DNA of 64,000 nucleotides. Source: an uncultured Acidobacteriota bacterium (lineage in GTDB: Bacteria > Acidobacteriota > Blastocatellia > RBC074). The notes beneath the pieces are model-generated. The model was not told the origin of the DNA. It ran no database searches and saw nothing but the letters and a program-made list of their open reading frames with translations. The stretch spans positions 32,001-96,000 of the forward strand of contig CAWCKY010000007.1 in assembly GCA_963796275.1 (NCBI GenBank), read 5' to 3'. Position numbers and translations under genes: made by a program. Below, piece after piece: positions 41,378 through 51,489 of this stretch (position 1 is the first letter of the stretch; each line of letters opens with the position of its first letter).

Positions 41378-41696
41378 AAAGTTGATGTACCTCGCTAATT
41401 TTATTGGGGCATTCTTTCGCGTTGTGGGTAGGAAAATGGCCTTTCAAACAAACCAGGGCCAACTTTCTTAAGTAATAAGTTATACGAACTGATTTTACAC
41501 GACTCAATCTCGATTGTACGGTTCGTCTCCACGAATTTGCGAAAAAATTGTTTCGTCGCAACGGTTGTTGCACACACGTCTTAGGGATTCGACGCGGCGG
41601 TTGCCGCACGCCCGCCTCAGGGAGCGACACGGCGATTGTTGCACACACTCTCAGGGGATTACGCGGCAATTTTTTATGCAACCTGTTTATGATCAC

Positions 41697-42664
41697 TCAC
41701 GGATTCTCGAGCGTGGCATTGCCGTTCACCATCAAACGATCTGCTTTCACGGTGCCCCGAAGCGTGGCGGTACCGTTCAAGTTCACTGTTCCGTTCGGCG
41801 CGACGATCGTGGCGAGATGCGGACGCGGATCAGGCTGAGGCCGAACTGGCCGGGGCCCGTACCATAGAGCGTGTCCATCTGATCGTCTGTGAGCGGATCA
41901 AGGCCGGCATCCAGGAATACCACGCCGGCGCCAAACCCGTCGATCTGCTGGCGTGAGATGCCCGGGTTGACTGTGCATTCGCTCGGAGCCGGCGTTTCGC
42001 TGGTGACCACGCCATAGATCGCCAGGGCGAAGTCTCGGGCATTATTGCCGTTGATCCAACTGCGATTGCGATAAGCCGCGCCTCCCGCATACGTATCACT
42101 GATCGAGCGAAACCAGTTGATCGGTGAGGTCCCGCTGATACCGGAAATTTCGAACGCGTACATGCGGCCGCCGCGCAAAACCACTCGATCGCTGCCGGTG
42201 AAATCCAACCGGAGCAGCCCATTGGCCTGCGAGGTGTAAGTGATAGGCAGACCGGAGCCGGAACCAAACAGGTCAATGCCTGAACTGTAACTATTCGGAT
42301 TTGGCGCGATCCTGCCACCGAGATAGTAGAGATTGAGAGTGAGGGGGGCGGTGCCGGTCGTCCCGGTCCCGTCGCCCACATATAGGTAGATCGATTGCAG
42401 CTGGTAGTCGTTCCCCTGCGGGATAGTGACCGTCTGGCTGTAGCTCGTCGATCCTCCGCCTCCGCTGAAGCTTTCGCCCACCGTCGCTTGCGCGCTCGGA
42501 TTGCTCACCGTTGTTACGATCGGAGAGGCCGGCCAACTGGTTGCTCCCGGTCCGACATTTTGTGTGACGGTGATGTCAGCGAAGGCGAGCGTGCCAGCTA
42601 TTATTAGAACGGCTGTCGTGAGAAGAATGCGTAGCGTAGTGCCGTGATGGATGAGCGAAAGCAT
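41697..42664 (-). pseudogene. GH30-like glycoside hydrolase gene with a large internal deletion
   Basis: The ORF reaches the GH30 start (RQQIDGFGAG...GLSLIRVRISP), then joins out of frame at ~41810 to a beta-solenoid-like tail TIVAPNGTVNLNGTATLRGTVKADRLMVNGNATLENP* ending at 41697. Confidence 0.7.
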
Positions 42665-42899
42665 GACCTTTCTCCTTGGGAAACGAGCGCCAGGTTATGG
42701 TACCGCTCAAGGCCGGGCGCCTTCTTGGTATCGAGGTGTGCGAGCAGACGGCAAAGCTTTGGCTGGGACAGATTGACTGCAGCGCAATCATTCTTTCATC
42801 GAGGCTATAATTCGCGGCGCGCGCCTATAGGTAGGACTGCTGCGGGTTGTCAAGCAGAAAGTGGCTCTATTTCGACGATCCTGGATTGATCTGGTCAAC

Positions 42900-43039
42900 C
42901 ATATCTTTGACGATGTGCTCTTAGACTTGTCGCTCAATGTGATAGCGGAGTTCTTCATCGAGATACTACTCGACTTGCCGGCAGCGGAATAGCGAGCGCA
43001 ATCTTGGCGGTATGTGTAGAACCAGCGTGTGAACCGCAT
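42900..43039 (-). pseudogene. Decayed 5' fragment of a second ADOP permease
   Basis: MRFTRWFYT/IPPRLRSLFRCRQVE*YLDEELRYHIERQV*EHIVK matches the N-terminus of the adjacent permease (MRIKHWFYTIPLRLRSLFRRRQVEKELNEELRYHFERQIEENVTR). Confidence 0.75.
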
Positions 43040-43060
43040 CTCTCAAGTCTCCAGGGAAAT

Positions 43061-43121
43061 CGTTTGGAGTTCCGCCTTCAGGCGGTCTGGGTTAACCGCA
43101 TTAAATGCGGAGCTTCAAACG
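43061..43121. repeat. REP-like inverted doublet
   Basis: CGTTTGGAGTTCCGCCTTCAGGCGG ... CCGCATTAAATGCGGAGCTTCAAACG. Confidence 0.6.
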
Positions 43122-43122
43122 C

Positions 43123-45843
43123 TCAGTCGTGGCGCAGAGCGACCATCGGGTCGACTCGCGCGGCGCGTAAGGCAGGCATAAAACTCGCCAATCCCGCAAC
43201 CGCAGCCAACAAGCAGGCGGACGCAACAAGTGTCCAGGGATCGTGTGGTGAAAGGCCGAAGAGAAGAGCTCCGGCGCTCTTCGCCGCCGCGAGCGAAACG
43301 ACGGTTCCGATCCCCAGTCCGATCAAAAGCAACAATGCCATTTCCCGCAAGATCAACAACACGATGTCGGCGCGGCTGGCGCCGAGAGCCAGGCGAATCC
43401 CGATCTCGTTCCTCCGCCTGAGTACCATGTAGGATATGACGCCGTACAATCCGATCGTCGCCAGTACGGCTGCGAGAATTCCAAAGAAACCGGCGAGCCA
43501 GGCCATCAGGCGCTCCCGGATGAGCCCCTCGCGAACCTGCGTCTCGAAGACCTTGAACTGAACTGTTAAGTCTGGGCTGATAGCACCGACTCTGCGCCTG
43601 ACTTCGTTGATCACCCCGGTAAGCGGCGCTGAAGAGCGAATCACAATGAATGCCCACGGTCCGAGATCGGGGTACCGCGCTGTGGAGACATAGGTGATCG
43701 GAGGGATCGCCTCACGCAGATCGACATATTTCGTATCCTTGACAACTCCGATCACTTCATAAAGAGTCTCCGGATAGCCCGGTCCTGCCGCAATGCTACG
43801 CACGAGAGCTCCGACAGGATTACCGTTCGTGATGAATCGTCGCACGAATGTCTCGTTCACAAGTGCGACCTGGCGGGATGCCGCTATGTCGAAGTCATTG
43901 AAGTCTCGGCCGGCAAGCAGCGGTATATCCATCATCTTGAAATATCCTGGGCCGACATAGGCGAATTTCGAACTGTCTTCTTGTTTTCCCTCTAGGCCCT
44001 GTACCCTGACTCCCAGCGACATGTCAAAAAAGTCACTGGCTAAAGGTCTGTAAATGGTGGCAGCGGCGGATTCCACCTGTGGAACCGCCCGGATATGTTC
44101 CAGCAAATTCGTTCGGAATGCGACTACCTTTTCGCGGGGGAGCTGAAGTCGGTGTAAATTGACGTCAATGAAGAGAATTCCGTTCCGGCGAAAGCCAGCA
44201 TCCAATGTGATCAGGTTTCGAAAACTCCTCACAAAAAGCAATGCCCCGAACAGCAGCGCCAGCGAAAGCGCAATCTGCCCGATCACAAAGAAGCGCTGGA
44301 ATGAAAATCGTTCCCGGTTCGTCAGCCCGCGCCCACCTGATCTCATCGCCGCGACAGGCGCGACCTGCGAGGCCTGGAGCGCCGGTACGAGCCCGAATAC
44401 AATACAGGTAAGAACTGCGACTGAGGCCATAAAAACCAGGACCCGCCAGTCCGAACTCAGGTCGAGTTTCAGGTTATTGTCTTCCGTGTTGAGAAACGAG
44501 ATGAGGCCACGGCTCATCAATTGTGCCAGACCGGCGCCGAGCGCAGCGCCGGAACCTGCGAGCAGCAGGCTTTCTGAGAGCATCTGTCGGATCAGCCGCC
44601 CGCGCGATGCGCCCAGCGCCACGCGCACCGCGATCTCTCGTTCCCTTGCGCTCGCCCGCGCGAGCAAAAGGTTGGCGATATTCGCACATGCAATCAAAAG
44701 CACCATACCGGTGATCACCAGCAGCGACCAGAGCGATGTCTCGTAGCTATCTCGCAAAGGGCTGACACCCTTTCCTGCCGCCGCCGCTGTCAGCCGGCAT
44801 TTCCGATACCTATCATTAGTGGAACCACCATAGCCGATCGGCACCGTTGCCTCGAAGATGCCGGGGCTGATGGTATTCAAGTGTTCAGACGCACTGGCCA
44901 AAGTCCAATCTCGTTTCAAGCGGCCCATGACGACTAACCACCAGATGTTTCTTTTTGCCAGCTCGTCTTCTCGCTCGCAGATCGGCAACGCAACGTCAAA
45001 GCTCTTTCCGACTACGAGGCCGAAAAATCCCGGCGGCGTCACGCCGATCACCGTGTGCGGCTGGTCCCCAATAATCAAGGTCCTGCCGATCACCGAGTCC
45101 TCACCACCAAAATAGTTTTGCCAGAACGCATAACTTATTACCGCCCCTGCCTCACCGCATCCGGGACGGTCATCACTTGCCGTGAAGAGACGTCCCTTCA
45201 CCGGCACGACGCCAAGGACGGAGAAGAGATCGCCGCTTACCCAGAAACCGTTGAATCGGCGCATCTCTGTTCCCTGACCGACGGCGAAGGAATCGTCTCC
45301 CCAGGCGAAAATGCCGGAGAATGCTTTTTGGTGCTCGCGAATTTGTTCCCACAAAGGGTTTGTAATCTGAACGTACGGGTTGGCATAGAACCCCATCCCA
45401 GGCTGGCCTCCGGCGATTCGCACTTCAGCCAACTCCTGTGGATTGGCCACCGGCAGGCTGCGCAATCGGACGGCATTGAGTAACTGGAAGATCGCGGCAT
45501 TAGCGCCAATCCCGAGCGCCAGTGAAAGAATCGCGACCGCCGTGAAGCCTGGGCTGCGGCGAAGCACCCGGACGGCATAGCGAAGGTCGTGTAGCATGTT
45601 TTCGATCAACCCTACGCGTCGCATATCGCGGCACTCCTCCTTGCGCCGCTCGAGGCCGCCCAAAGCGCGCATCGCGGCATAACGAGACTCCTCCGGCGTC
45701 ATACCTCTGGTGACGTTCTCTTCGATTTGCCGCTCGAAGTGATAGCGGAGTTCCTCGTTCAGTTCCTTCTCAACTTGTCGGCGGCGGAAGAGCGAGCGTA
45801 ACCGCAATGGGATAGTATAAAACCAGTGTTTGATCCGCATCAC
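43123..45843 (-). CDS. ADOP-family duplicated MacB/FtsX-type ABC permease
   Basis: DLRYAVRVLRRSPGFT, LLIACANIANLLLAR, REIAVRVALGASR, RRNEIGIRLALGA and RAARVDPMVALR. Confidence 0.93.
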   Translation of the reverse strand: MMRIKHWFYTIPLRLRSLFRRRQVEKELNEELRYHFERQIEENVTRGMTPEESRYAAMRALGGLERRKEECRDMRRVGLIENMLHDLRYAVRVLRRSPGFTAVAILSLALGIGANAAIFQLLNAVRLRSLPVANPQELAEVRIAGGQPGMGFYANPYVQITNPLWEQIREHQKAFSGIFAWGDDSFAVGQGTEMRRFNGFWVSGDLFSVLGVVPVKGRLFTASDDRPGCGEAGAVISYAFWQNYFGGEDSVIGRTLIIGDQPHTVIGVTPPGFFGLVVGKSFDVALPICEREDELAKRNIWWLVVMGRLKRDWTLASASEHLNTISPGIFEATVPIGYGGSTNDRYRKCRLTAAAAGKGVSPLRDSYETSLWSLLVITGMVLLIACANIANLLLARASAREREIAVRVALGASRGRLIRQMLSESLLLAGSGAALGAGLAQLMSRGLISFLNTEDNNLKLDLSSDWRVLVFMASVAVLTCIVFGLVPALQASQVAPVAAMRSGGRGLTNRERFSFQRFFVIGQIALSLALLFGALLFVRSFRNLITLDAGFRRNGILFIDVNLHRLQLPREKVVAFRTNLLEHIRAVPQVESAAATIYRPLASDFFDMSLGVRVQGLEGKQEDSSKFAYVGPGYFKMMDIPLLAGRDFNDFDIAASRQVALVNETFVRRFITNGNPVGALVRSIAAGPGYPETLYEVIGVVKDTKYVDLREAIPPITYVSTARYPDLGPWAFIVIRSSAPLTGVINEVRRRVGAISPDLTVQFKVFETQVREGLIRERLMAWLAGFFGILAAVLATIGLYGVISYMVLRRRNEIGIRLALGASRADIVLLILREMALLLLIGLGIGTVVSLAAAKSAGALLFGLSPHDPWTLVASACLLAAVAGLASFMPALRAARVDPMVALRHD

Positions 45844-46070
45844 TCAAACCTCCTTGAGTTTTTCCACGCGAGATGGCGCTAGAGAAGCAATTCCAGTTGG
45901 CGGCCTTATTCACAACTCATGTCGACCGAACCGTGTTAATTTGCCGCGACGGTTTTTCTATATCTCGGTTTCCAATCTGCAGTAATCCAACTTATTGCTT
46001 AAGGTTTATACAGGGGAAGGTATTGAGAAGCCGTCGCTAACTTGCAGGACGTAGGTCCAAGTCTACTCAT
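45844..46070 (-). pseudogene. padR: padR-family regulator pseudogene
   Basis: RBS GGAGG and ATG at 46070. Broken frames give VLQVSDG, WITADWKP, NRRGK, LTRFGR, AANWNCFSSAISR and KLKEV*, abutting the ADOP start in the usual PadR-ADOP arrangement. Confidence 0.75.
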
Positions 46071-46237
46071 ATCAGCCTCCATTGGTTACCGAGATGAGTG
46101 TAGTCCAACCCCTCTCGGTAAGCAAGAGGACAGTGGTAGGCGAAGCCTTGAAGTTCATTTATCGCCGCATATTGGCGCCGAGCTTAGTTATGATGATCGC
46201 GCGTTCCAATGACCCGAGAAAGATGGCTCCCCTCTCT

Positions 46238-47864
46238 TTATTGCGATCCAGCCTTTATAATACGCATCAGATTGCGCTGAGTGGTCTGCATCTCCTCGCT
46301 CTTGGCCTGACTGAATTTGTTGAAGAGTTGTTGGGCGCGAGCAGTTTGCCCCATTCGCTGAAGCGCTTGCGCCAGTTGATAGGTGGCCGCCGGATCCTCT
46401 GGATCCAGATCGAGTGCCTTCTCCAATTGCTCAGCCGCTCTGGCCACCTGGCCGCGACGGAGCAGCATTTTCCCCAGCAGAGCGCGCGATTGCGGCAGCC
46501 CCGGATCCAACTGAATGGACTTCTCCAGGGCAGTGATTGCTTCTCTCTCCGCTTCTGTTCCTGACCGGGTACGACTCAACGCTTCTCCAAGAAGCCAAAA
46601 CACGCGGGGATCGTTGGGAGTGCGCTCGGTTTGCCGCCGCAAGAGGGCAATGGCCTCGGGACCTTTATCCATCTGGATGAGGGCTAGTGCCTGGGCAACC
46701 CGAGGTAACGCTTCATCGGGCGAAAGTTGTCCAGCGGTCTCAAACTCCCTGACTGCTTGCTCAAGCCTGCCCTTCATTACCAGGACCACGCCCCTGTGCA
46801 AACGCAGGCGCGGAGATTCAGGGATCAATCGAGCGCCGATGTCGGCGATTTCCAAGCTGAGGTCGAAATTCTCGTGTCTCAAGCAGAGAGCGATCAGGTC
46901 GAGGTAATTTGCTTCGTCTTTCGGCTCGAGCTCCACGGCCGCGCGGAGGGCATCGTAAGCCCGTTTCCTTTGCCCGTTCCGCTCGTAAGCCTGCGCCAGC
47001 AGGTTGTAAATTTCGGCTTTACGATGGCCGGAGGCCAGCATCTCTTCACCGGACCGGATTGCTGATGCAAGGTTTCCATTCTTGACCAGCACCAGTGTCA
47101 GGTTGTATCCCACCTGATAGGGATCCGGGTATCCCTGTCGAGCCAACTCGAATCGGTGGGCGGCAGCATCGTACCTTTCCATTCGGGCGAGCAAGACCCC
47201 GGCATGGAACCTGAGTATTCGCCTCTGCCTCAGATAAGTTTGATGGAATATTTTCCAGGAGCGCTGTAGCTTTGGCGGGCTGCTTGGCTTCGAGATAGCT
47301 GGTGGCGAACTTGATCGTCACGCGAGGGTCTTTCCGACCCATGTCGCCGCTTTGCTCGTAGTGATCCACCGCGCGCTCGAAGTCGCGTGCTACAAATGCG
47401 ATCTCTGCCAGTCCCCAGTGACAGGCCGGGTCCCGGGGCATCAACTTTAATGCAGCCTCAAAATGAAGCTTGGCATCTCGCTGTCTGCCAAGAGCCAGTT
47501 CATTGACCGCCATGTTCTTGAGCGCCGGGACAAACTTCGGGTCCAGCGCCAGGACTTTCTCGAATTGCTCGTTCGCTTCTTCTCGCTTGCCCGCACCGGA
47601 GAGAGCGATTCCCAGCAGGTTACGAGCTTTGAGATCGACAGGTGAGCGATCAAGAATCTGCTGCAAGAGAAGGATGGCTTGATCGAACTCTCTCTTTTGC
47701 ACAAGATTCATCGCAGCCTGGTAGTTCGAACCTTGTGCCCAGACAGAGCCTGCCCACGCTCCTAACGTGCAGAGCAACCACAATGCCGGCAAAAATTTAT
47801 GTCGTCTGAGCACCTGTATTCTCCGGATTGAGAGGATAGGAGTGCGCCACCTAATCATATTCAA
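46238..47864 (-). CDS. Secreted TPR-repeat protein, frameshifted at ~47210
   Basis: Two overlapping TPR ORFs (47046..47864 and 46238..47194). Removing one G in CAG-G-TTC gives continuous NTQFHAGVLLARM. Confidence 0.8.
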
Positions 47865-48061
47865 TCCACCTTAACATCATACTATACGACCAATTAGACT
47901 AACTCTATGATCGTTTCCCACAAAAATGCGTACGATCTTTGCTTGGATATAGCAGCTTCGAATAAATTTGGAAACCCCGTACGAATTTTTTGAGTGGCCA
48001 TTATGCCGTTGCTGTCGGTCCTCGAGACCGTTCCATTCCAATGCCAAGGGAGGGCCGGCCC

Positions 48062-51000
48062 ATGATCTTTAGGGAATATAAAATATTTAGAATATTTAGA
48101 AGTATCGCGAAAACTGCCGCTTATTTGTTGTTCGTTTTGGCTTTTACCAGCCTTGAGGGGGTGGCTCAGTTTCGGAGCGCCATTGAAGGCACGGTGATAG
48201 ACCCGAATGGAGGGATCGTGGCGGAAGCTGATGTAATTCTCGCTAATATAGATACCGGCATCAGCCAGACGGCGAGGACCAATACCGCAGGATATTACAG
48301 TTTTCCTTCTCTGCCGCCGGGGAAGTACAAGATCACCGTTTCCGCCAAGGGCTTCGCGTCCGTGAGGCAGGAGAACATCATACTTGGCGGTGCCGAGACG
48401 CGAACGATATCGCTCGCGCTGAAAGTGGGTGATGTCACTGAGATGGTTACCGTCACATCCGATCCTTCGCCGGTGCAAAGTTCAGAAGCCAAGGTCGCTT
48501 CGAATATTTCTGAAGCGCAAATCCGGAACCTCCCAATTGCCGGACGGAACATTTTGGATCTCGTATCGCTGGCTCCCGGCGTGACTGGAGTCGGTAACCT
48601 CAGCAGCCAGGCCGGCAGCCTGGATATCTTCAGTCTTGTCGGTGAGCCGAAAGTGAATGCGAACGGTCTACGTGGAGACGGGAACGGTTTTTATGTGGAT
48701 GGTATATCGGCCAATAGCAATCCCGATCCAGGCACCGTCTATGTAACTCTCAACCCCGATTCGATCGCGGAGTTCAGCGTGGCCTTGAACGACTACTCCG
48801 CGGAGTACGGACGAAGCGGATCGATCGTAGTTAACGCCGTTTCCAAGTCGGGCAGCAACAGCGTACATGGTTCTCTCTTCGAGTATCACCGGAATAACAA
48901 ACTCATGGCACGCAACGTCTATCAGAACACGCCGAACCCGAATACCGGCCGCACTCTGCCGGTCTCACGGCGAAACGAGTTCGGATTCTCGCTGGGCGGC
49001 CCTATTCAAAGAGACAAGATGTTCTTCTTCGGCAGCATGGACATACTCCGCTCGTCCGACACGGTGACAGACCAGGTTACTGTCGAAACCCCGGAATTCG
49101 TCAATTTCTTGAGAGCGAATTACCCCGATAACATCTCGACCTCCCTCCTGACCAGTTTCCCCGCCGGTGATATCGGACCGTTCCAGGCAGGGGCCATTCA
49201 GACGGTCGCGGATGTCATGGCAGTCTCGGGGTTTACAGAATGCTCGGGCACAGGCCCACTGGGTATGCCCTGCGGCATGCCGATGCGCGGGTCGGTCGTT
49301 CGGAGCTTCGCCCCAACCCGCAACGGAATGCAATGGAATGTGCGAGTGGACCGATACTTCAACGATTCCAAAGACCGGGTGCACGTCAATTATCAAAGAA
49401 GAACCGCAGATGTCGAAGGCCAGCAGCTCCGGACAGAGTTCCGAAACGCGTTCGCCGCCAAACCAATTACCTACTACGCCAATGTCAACTGGACGCATAC
49501 ATTCAGTCCTTCGATGATCAACGAAGCCGCTATTGGCTTCACCAGGTTCCAGGGCGGCCAGGAATGTTCTCATTGTGAAATACCGCCCATAGGCACCGGG
49601 AATGGGCTGGGTTCCCTGCAGGTGCCGGGAGGATTCGGCAACGGTTTTGCGCCGGCGCTCTTCATCCAGAATGATTGGAACTGGCGGGACGTTTTATCGG
49701 TCAACCGTGGCAAGCATGCCTTGAAGGTCGGCGTCGAGATATTCCGCGACCAGGAGAATGATCTCTTCAGCGGACCACAACAGCGACCCGGGTACGAATT
49801 CTTGAATATCTTCGATTTCGCCGCTGACACTGTGCAGAATCAAACCGGCGTCAATTACGACCTGCGAGACGGCGCTCCGGCATTTCAGGATGTCCAATAC
49901 CGGACGACCACGTTTGGTCTTTTCGTCCAGGATAATTGGAAGGTAAAAAAGAATTTCTCGCTCAACCTGGGATTGCGCTGGGATTTCTCTTCGAATCCCT
50001 ATGAGAAGAATGGCCGGATGAGCACTATCGCACCGGGCGCCGGATCGACTTTTCAAGAACGCATGACCAATGCCTCGGTAGGTATTGTTCCGAACCTCTT
50101 TGAAAAACACCGCATCGGCTACTTCGCGCCGCGCTTGAGTTTTGCCTGGACGCCGGCTGGCTTAGAGAATCGTATGAGCATCCGAGGCGGCATGGGAGTT
50201 TTTATGAGCCGGTGGCCGAACATCGCCTGGAGCGATCGGATCCGCGCCAATCCGCCATTCCAGGCCGGGATCACCGCCAGTACCCAGACTCCGGATGGTC
50301 CGCAACCAGCATACGGGCTTTGCCGGCTCGATATGTCACCATTCAACTGCCCTTTCCCCACAGGACTCCAAATCGGCGTCAATGAGCGCGGCGGACCCAT
50401 CGGAGCAAGAGCGGCCATCGGAGGGACCGCGCCTGACCTCAGGTATGCCTATACGATCAACCGCTTCTTCGGCATTCAGTACGCTTTCACATCAAACTGG
50501 ATCCTCGAGGCAAACTATTTGGGTTCGCAGGCCGTCCATCTATACACGAATACCGACCGAAACCGGTTTGCTGGAGACCTGAGTTTTGACGGGGTTCTCG
50601 ACCGGTTGAACCCATACTTTGCCGGCATGAGTTACACGGATAACAGCGGTTGGTCTCATTACGACGGCGGCACAATTTCGCTCAACAAGCGGTTCAATCG
50701 AGGGTACACCTTCATGACCTCTTTCACCTTTGGCAAGGCGATCAGCGTTCAGGACGCTACCGGCGTCGGGCGCGACAGCCTCCAATCACCGGTCGTCGAT
50801 GCCAACAACATCAATGCCCAGCGCGGCCTGGCCTCTTTCGATATTCCCAAGAGGCTTTCCTCGAGCTTAGTGTACGAGGTTCCCAAAACCCTTTTCGGAA
50901 GGCGATTGGCGAGTGCCATTCTGGGCAACTGGCAATTGGGCGCCACCGGCAGCTTCCAGGACGGGTATCCGTTCTGGGTCGTCGCCGGGCAGGACCTCAA

Positions 51001-51427
51001 CGGTGATGGCAATAATTTCGACGTGCCAAACATCCCATCATTCGGAAGCTCCAGACGCGCCGACCGATCCGATTTTATCGCCGGATTTATGAGCGCGGCG
51101 GATTTCCCTCTGCCGGAGTGCACGAGGCGCAACGAAACAGGCGCTTGCGTGGGTTGGGCTCGAGGTGGTGATCTCGGGCGCAACACCTTCCGGGGGCCCG
51201 GATTAGCCCTGGTAGACTTCAGCCTCGGTAGAAGCTTCAGCATACCCTGGTTTTACAGTAAGGAGGGCGCTCGTTTCCAGTTCCGTGCTGAGTTCTACAA
51301 TCTGTTTAATCGAGTCAATTTGGATCCACGCACTGTCGTTGCCAATCTAACGGATGTGAATTTCAGCCGTGCCACAGGTGTTTTCTACCCGCGCACGGTC
51401 CAGTTGAGCGCGCGAATCGAATTCTAA
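48062..51427 (+). CDS. TonB-dependent receptor-like outer-membrane protein (carboxypeptidase-regulatory-like N-domain, Oar type)
   Basis: IEGTVIDPNGG, LPPGKYKITV, YSAEYGR, RNEFGFSLGGP, FVQDNWKV, FRAEFYNLFN and terminal RIEF. Confidence 0.92.
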   Translation: MIFREYKIFRIFRSIAKTAAYLLFVLAFTSLEGVAQFRSAIEGTVIDPNGGIVAEADVILANIDTGISQTARTNTAGYYSFPSLPPGKYKITVSAKGFASVRQENIILGGAETRTISLALKVGDVTEMVTVTSDPSPVQSSEAKVASNISEAQIRNLPIAGRNILDLVSLAPGVTGVGNLSSQAGSLDIFSLVGEPKVNANGLRGDGNGFYVDGISANSNPDPGTVYVTLNPDSIAEFSVALNDYSAEYGRSGSIVVNAVSKSGSNSVHGSLFEYHRNNKLMARNVYQNTPNPNTGRTLPVSRRNEFGFSLGGPIQRDKMFFFGSMDILRSSDTVTDQVTVETPEFVNFLRANYPDNISTSLLTSFPAGDIGPFQAGAIQTVADVMAVSGFTECSGTGPLGMPCGMPMRGSVVRSFAPTRNGMQWNVRVDRYFNDSKDRVHVNYQRRTADVEGQQLRTEFRNAFAAKPITYYANVNWTHTFSPSMINEAAIGFTRFQGGQECSHCEIPPIGTGNGLGSLQVPGGFGNGFAPALFIQNDWNWRDVLSVNRGKHALKVGVEIFRDQENDLFSGPQQRPGYEFLNIFDFAADTVQNQTGVNYDLRDGAPAFQDVQYRTTTFGLFVQDNWKVKKNFSLNLGLRWDFSSNPYEKNGRMSTIAPGAGSTFQERMTNASVGIVPNLFEKHRIGYFAPRLSFAWTPAGLENRMSIRGGMGVFMSRWPNIAWSDRIRANPPFQAGITASTQTPDGPQPAYGLCRLDMSPFNCPFPTGLQIGVNERGGPIGARAAIGGTAPDLRYAYTINRFFGIQYAFTSNWILEANYLGSQAVHLYTNTDRNRFAGDLSFDGVLDRLNPYFAGMSYTDNSGWSHYDGGTISLNKRFNRGYTFMTSFTFGKAISVQDATGVGRDSLQSPVVDANNINAQRGLASFDIPKRLSSSLVYEVPKTLFGRRLASAILGNWQLGATGSFQDGYPFWVVAGQDLNGDGNNFDVPNIPSFGSSRRADRSDFIAGFMSAADFPLPECTRRNETGACVGWARGGDLGRNTFRGPGLALVDFSLGRSFSIPWFYSKEGARFQFRAEFYNLFNRVNLDPRTVVANLTDVNFSRATGVFYPRTVQLSARIEF

Positions 51428-51489
51428 ACAACCAGGCGCTTTGCCGGCTTACGCGGTCAAGTGCACTTAGATTCAGCAGTCGAATTTAT

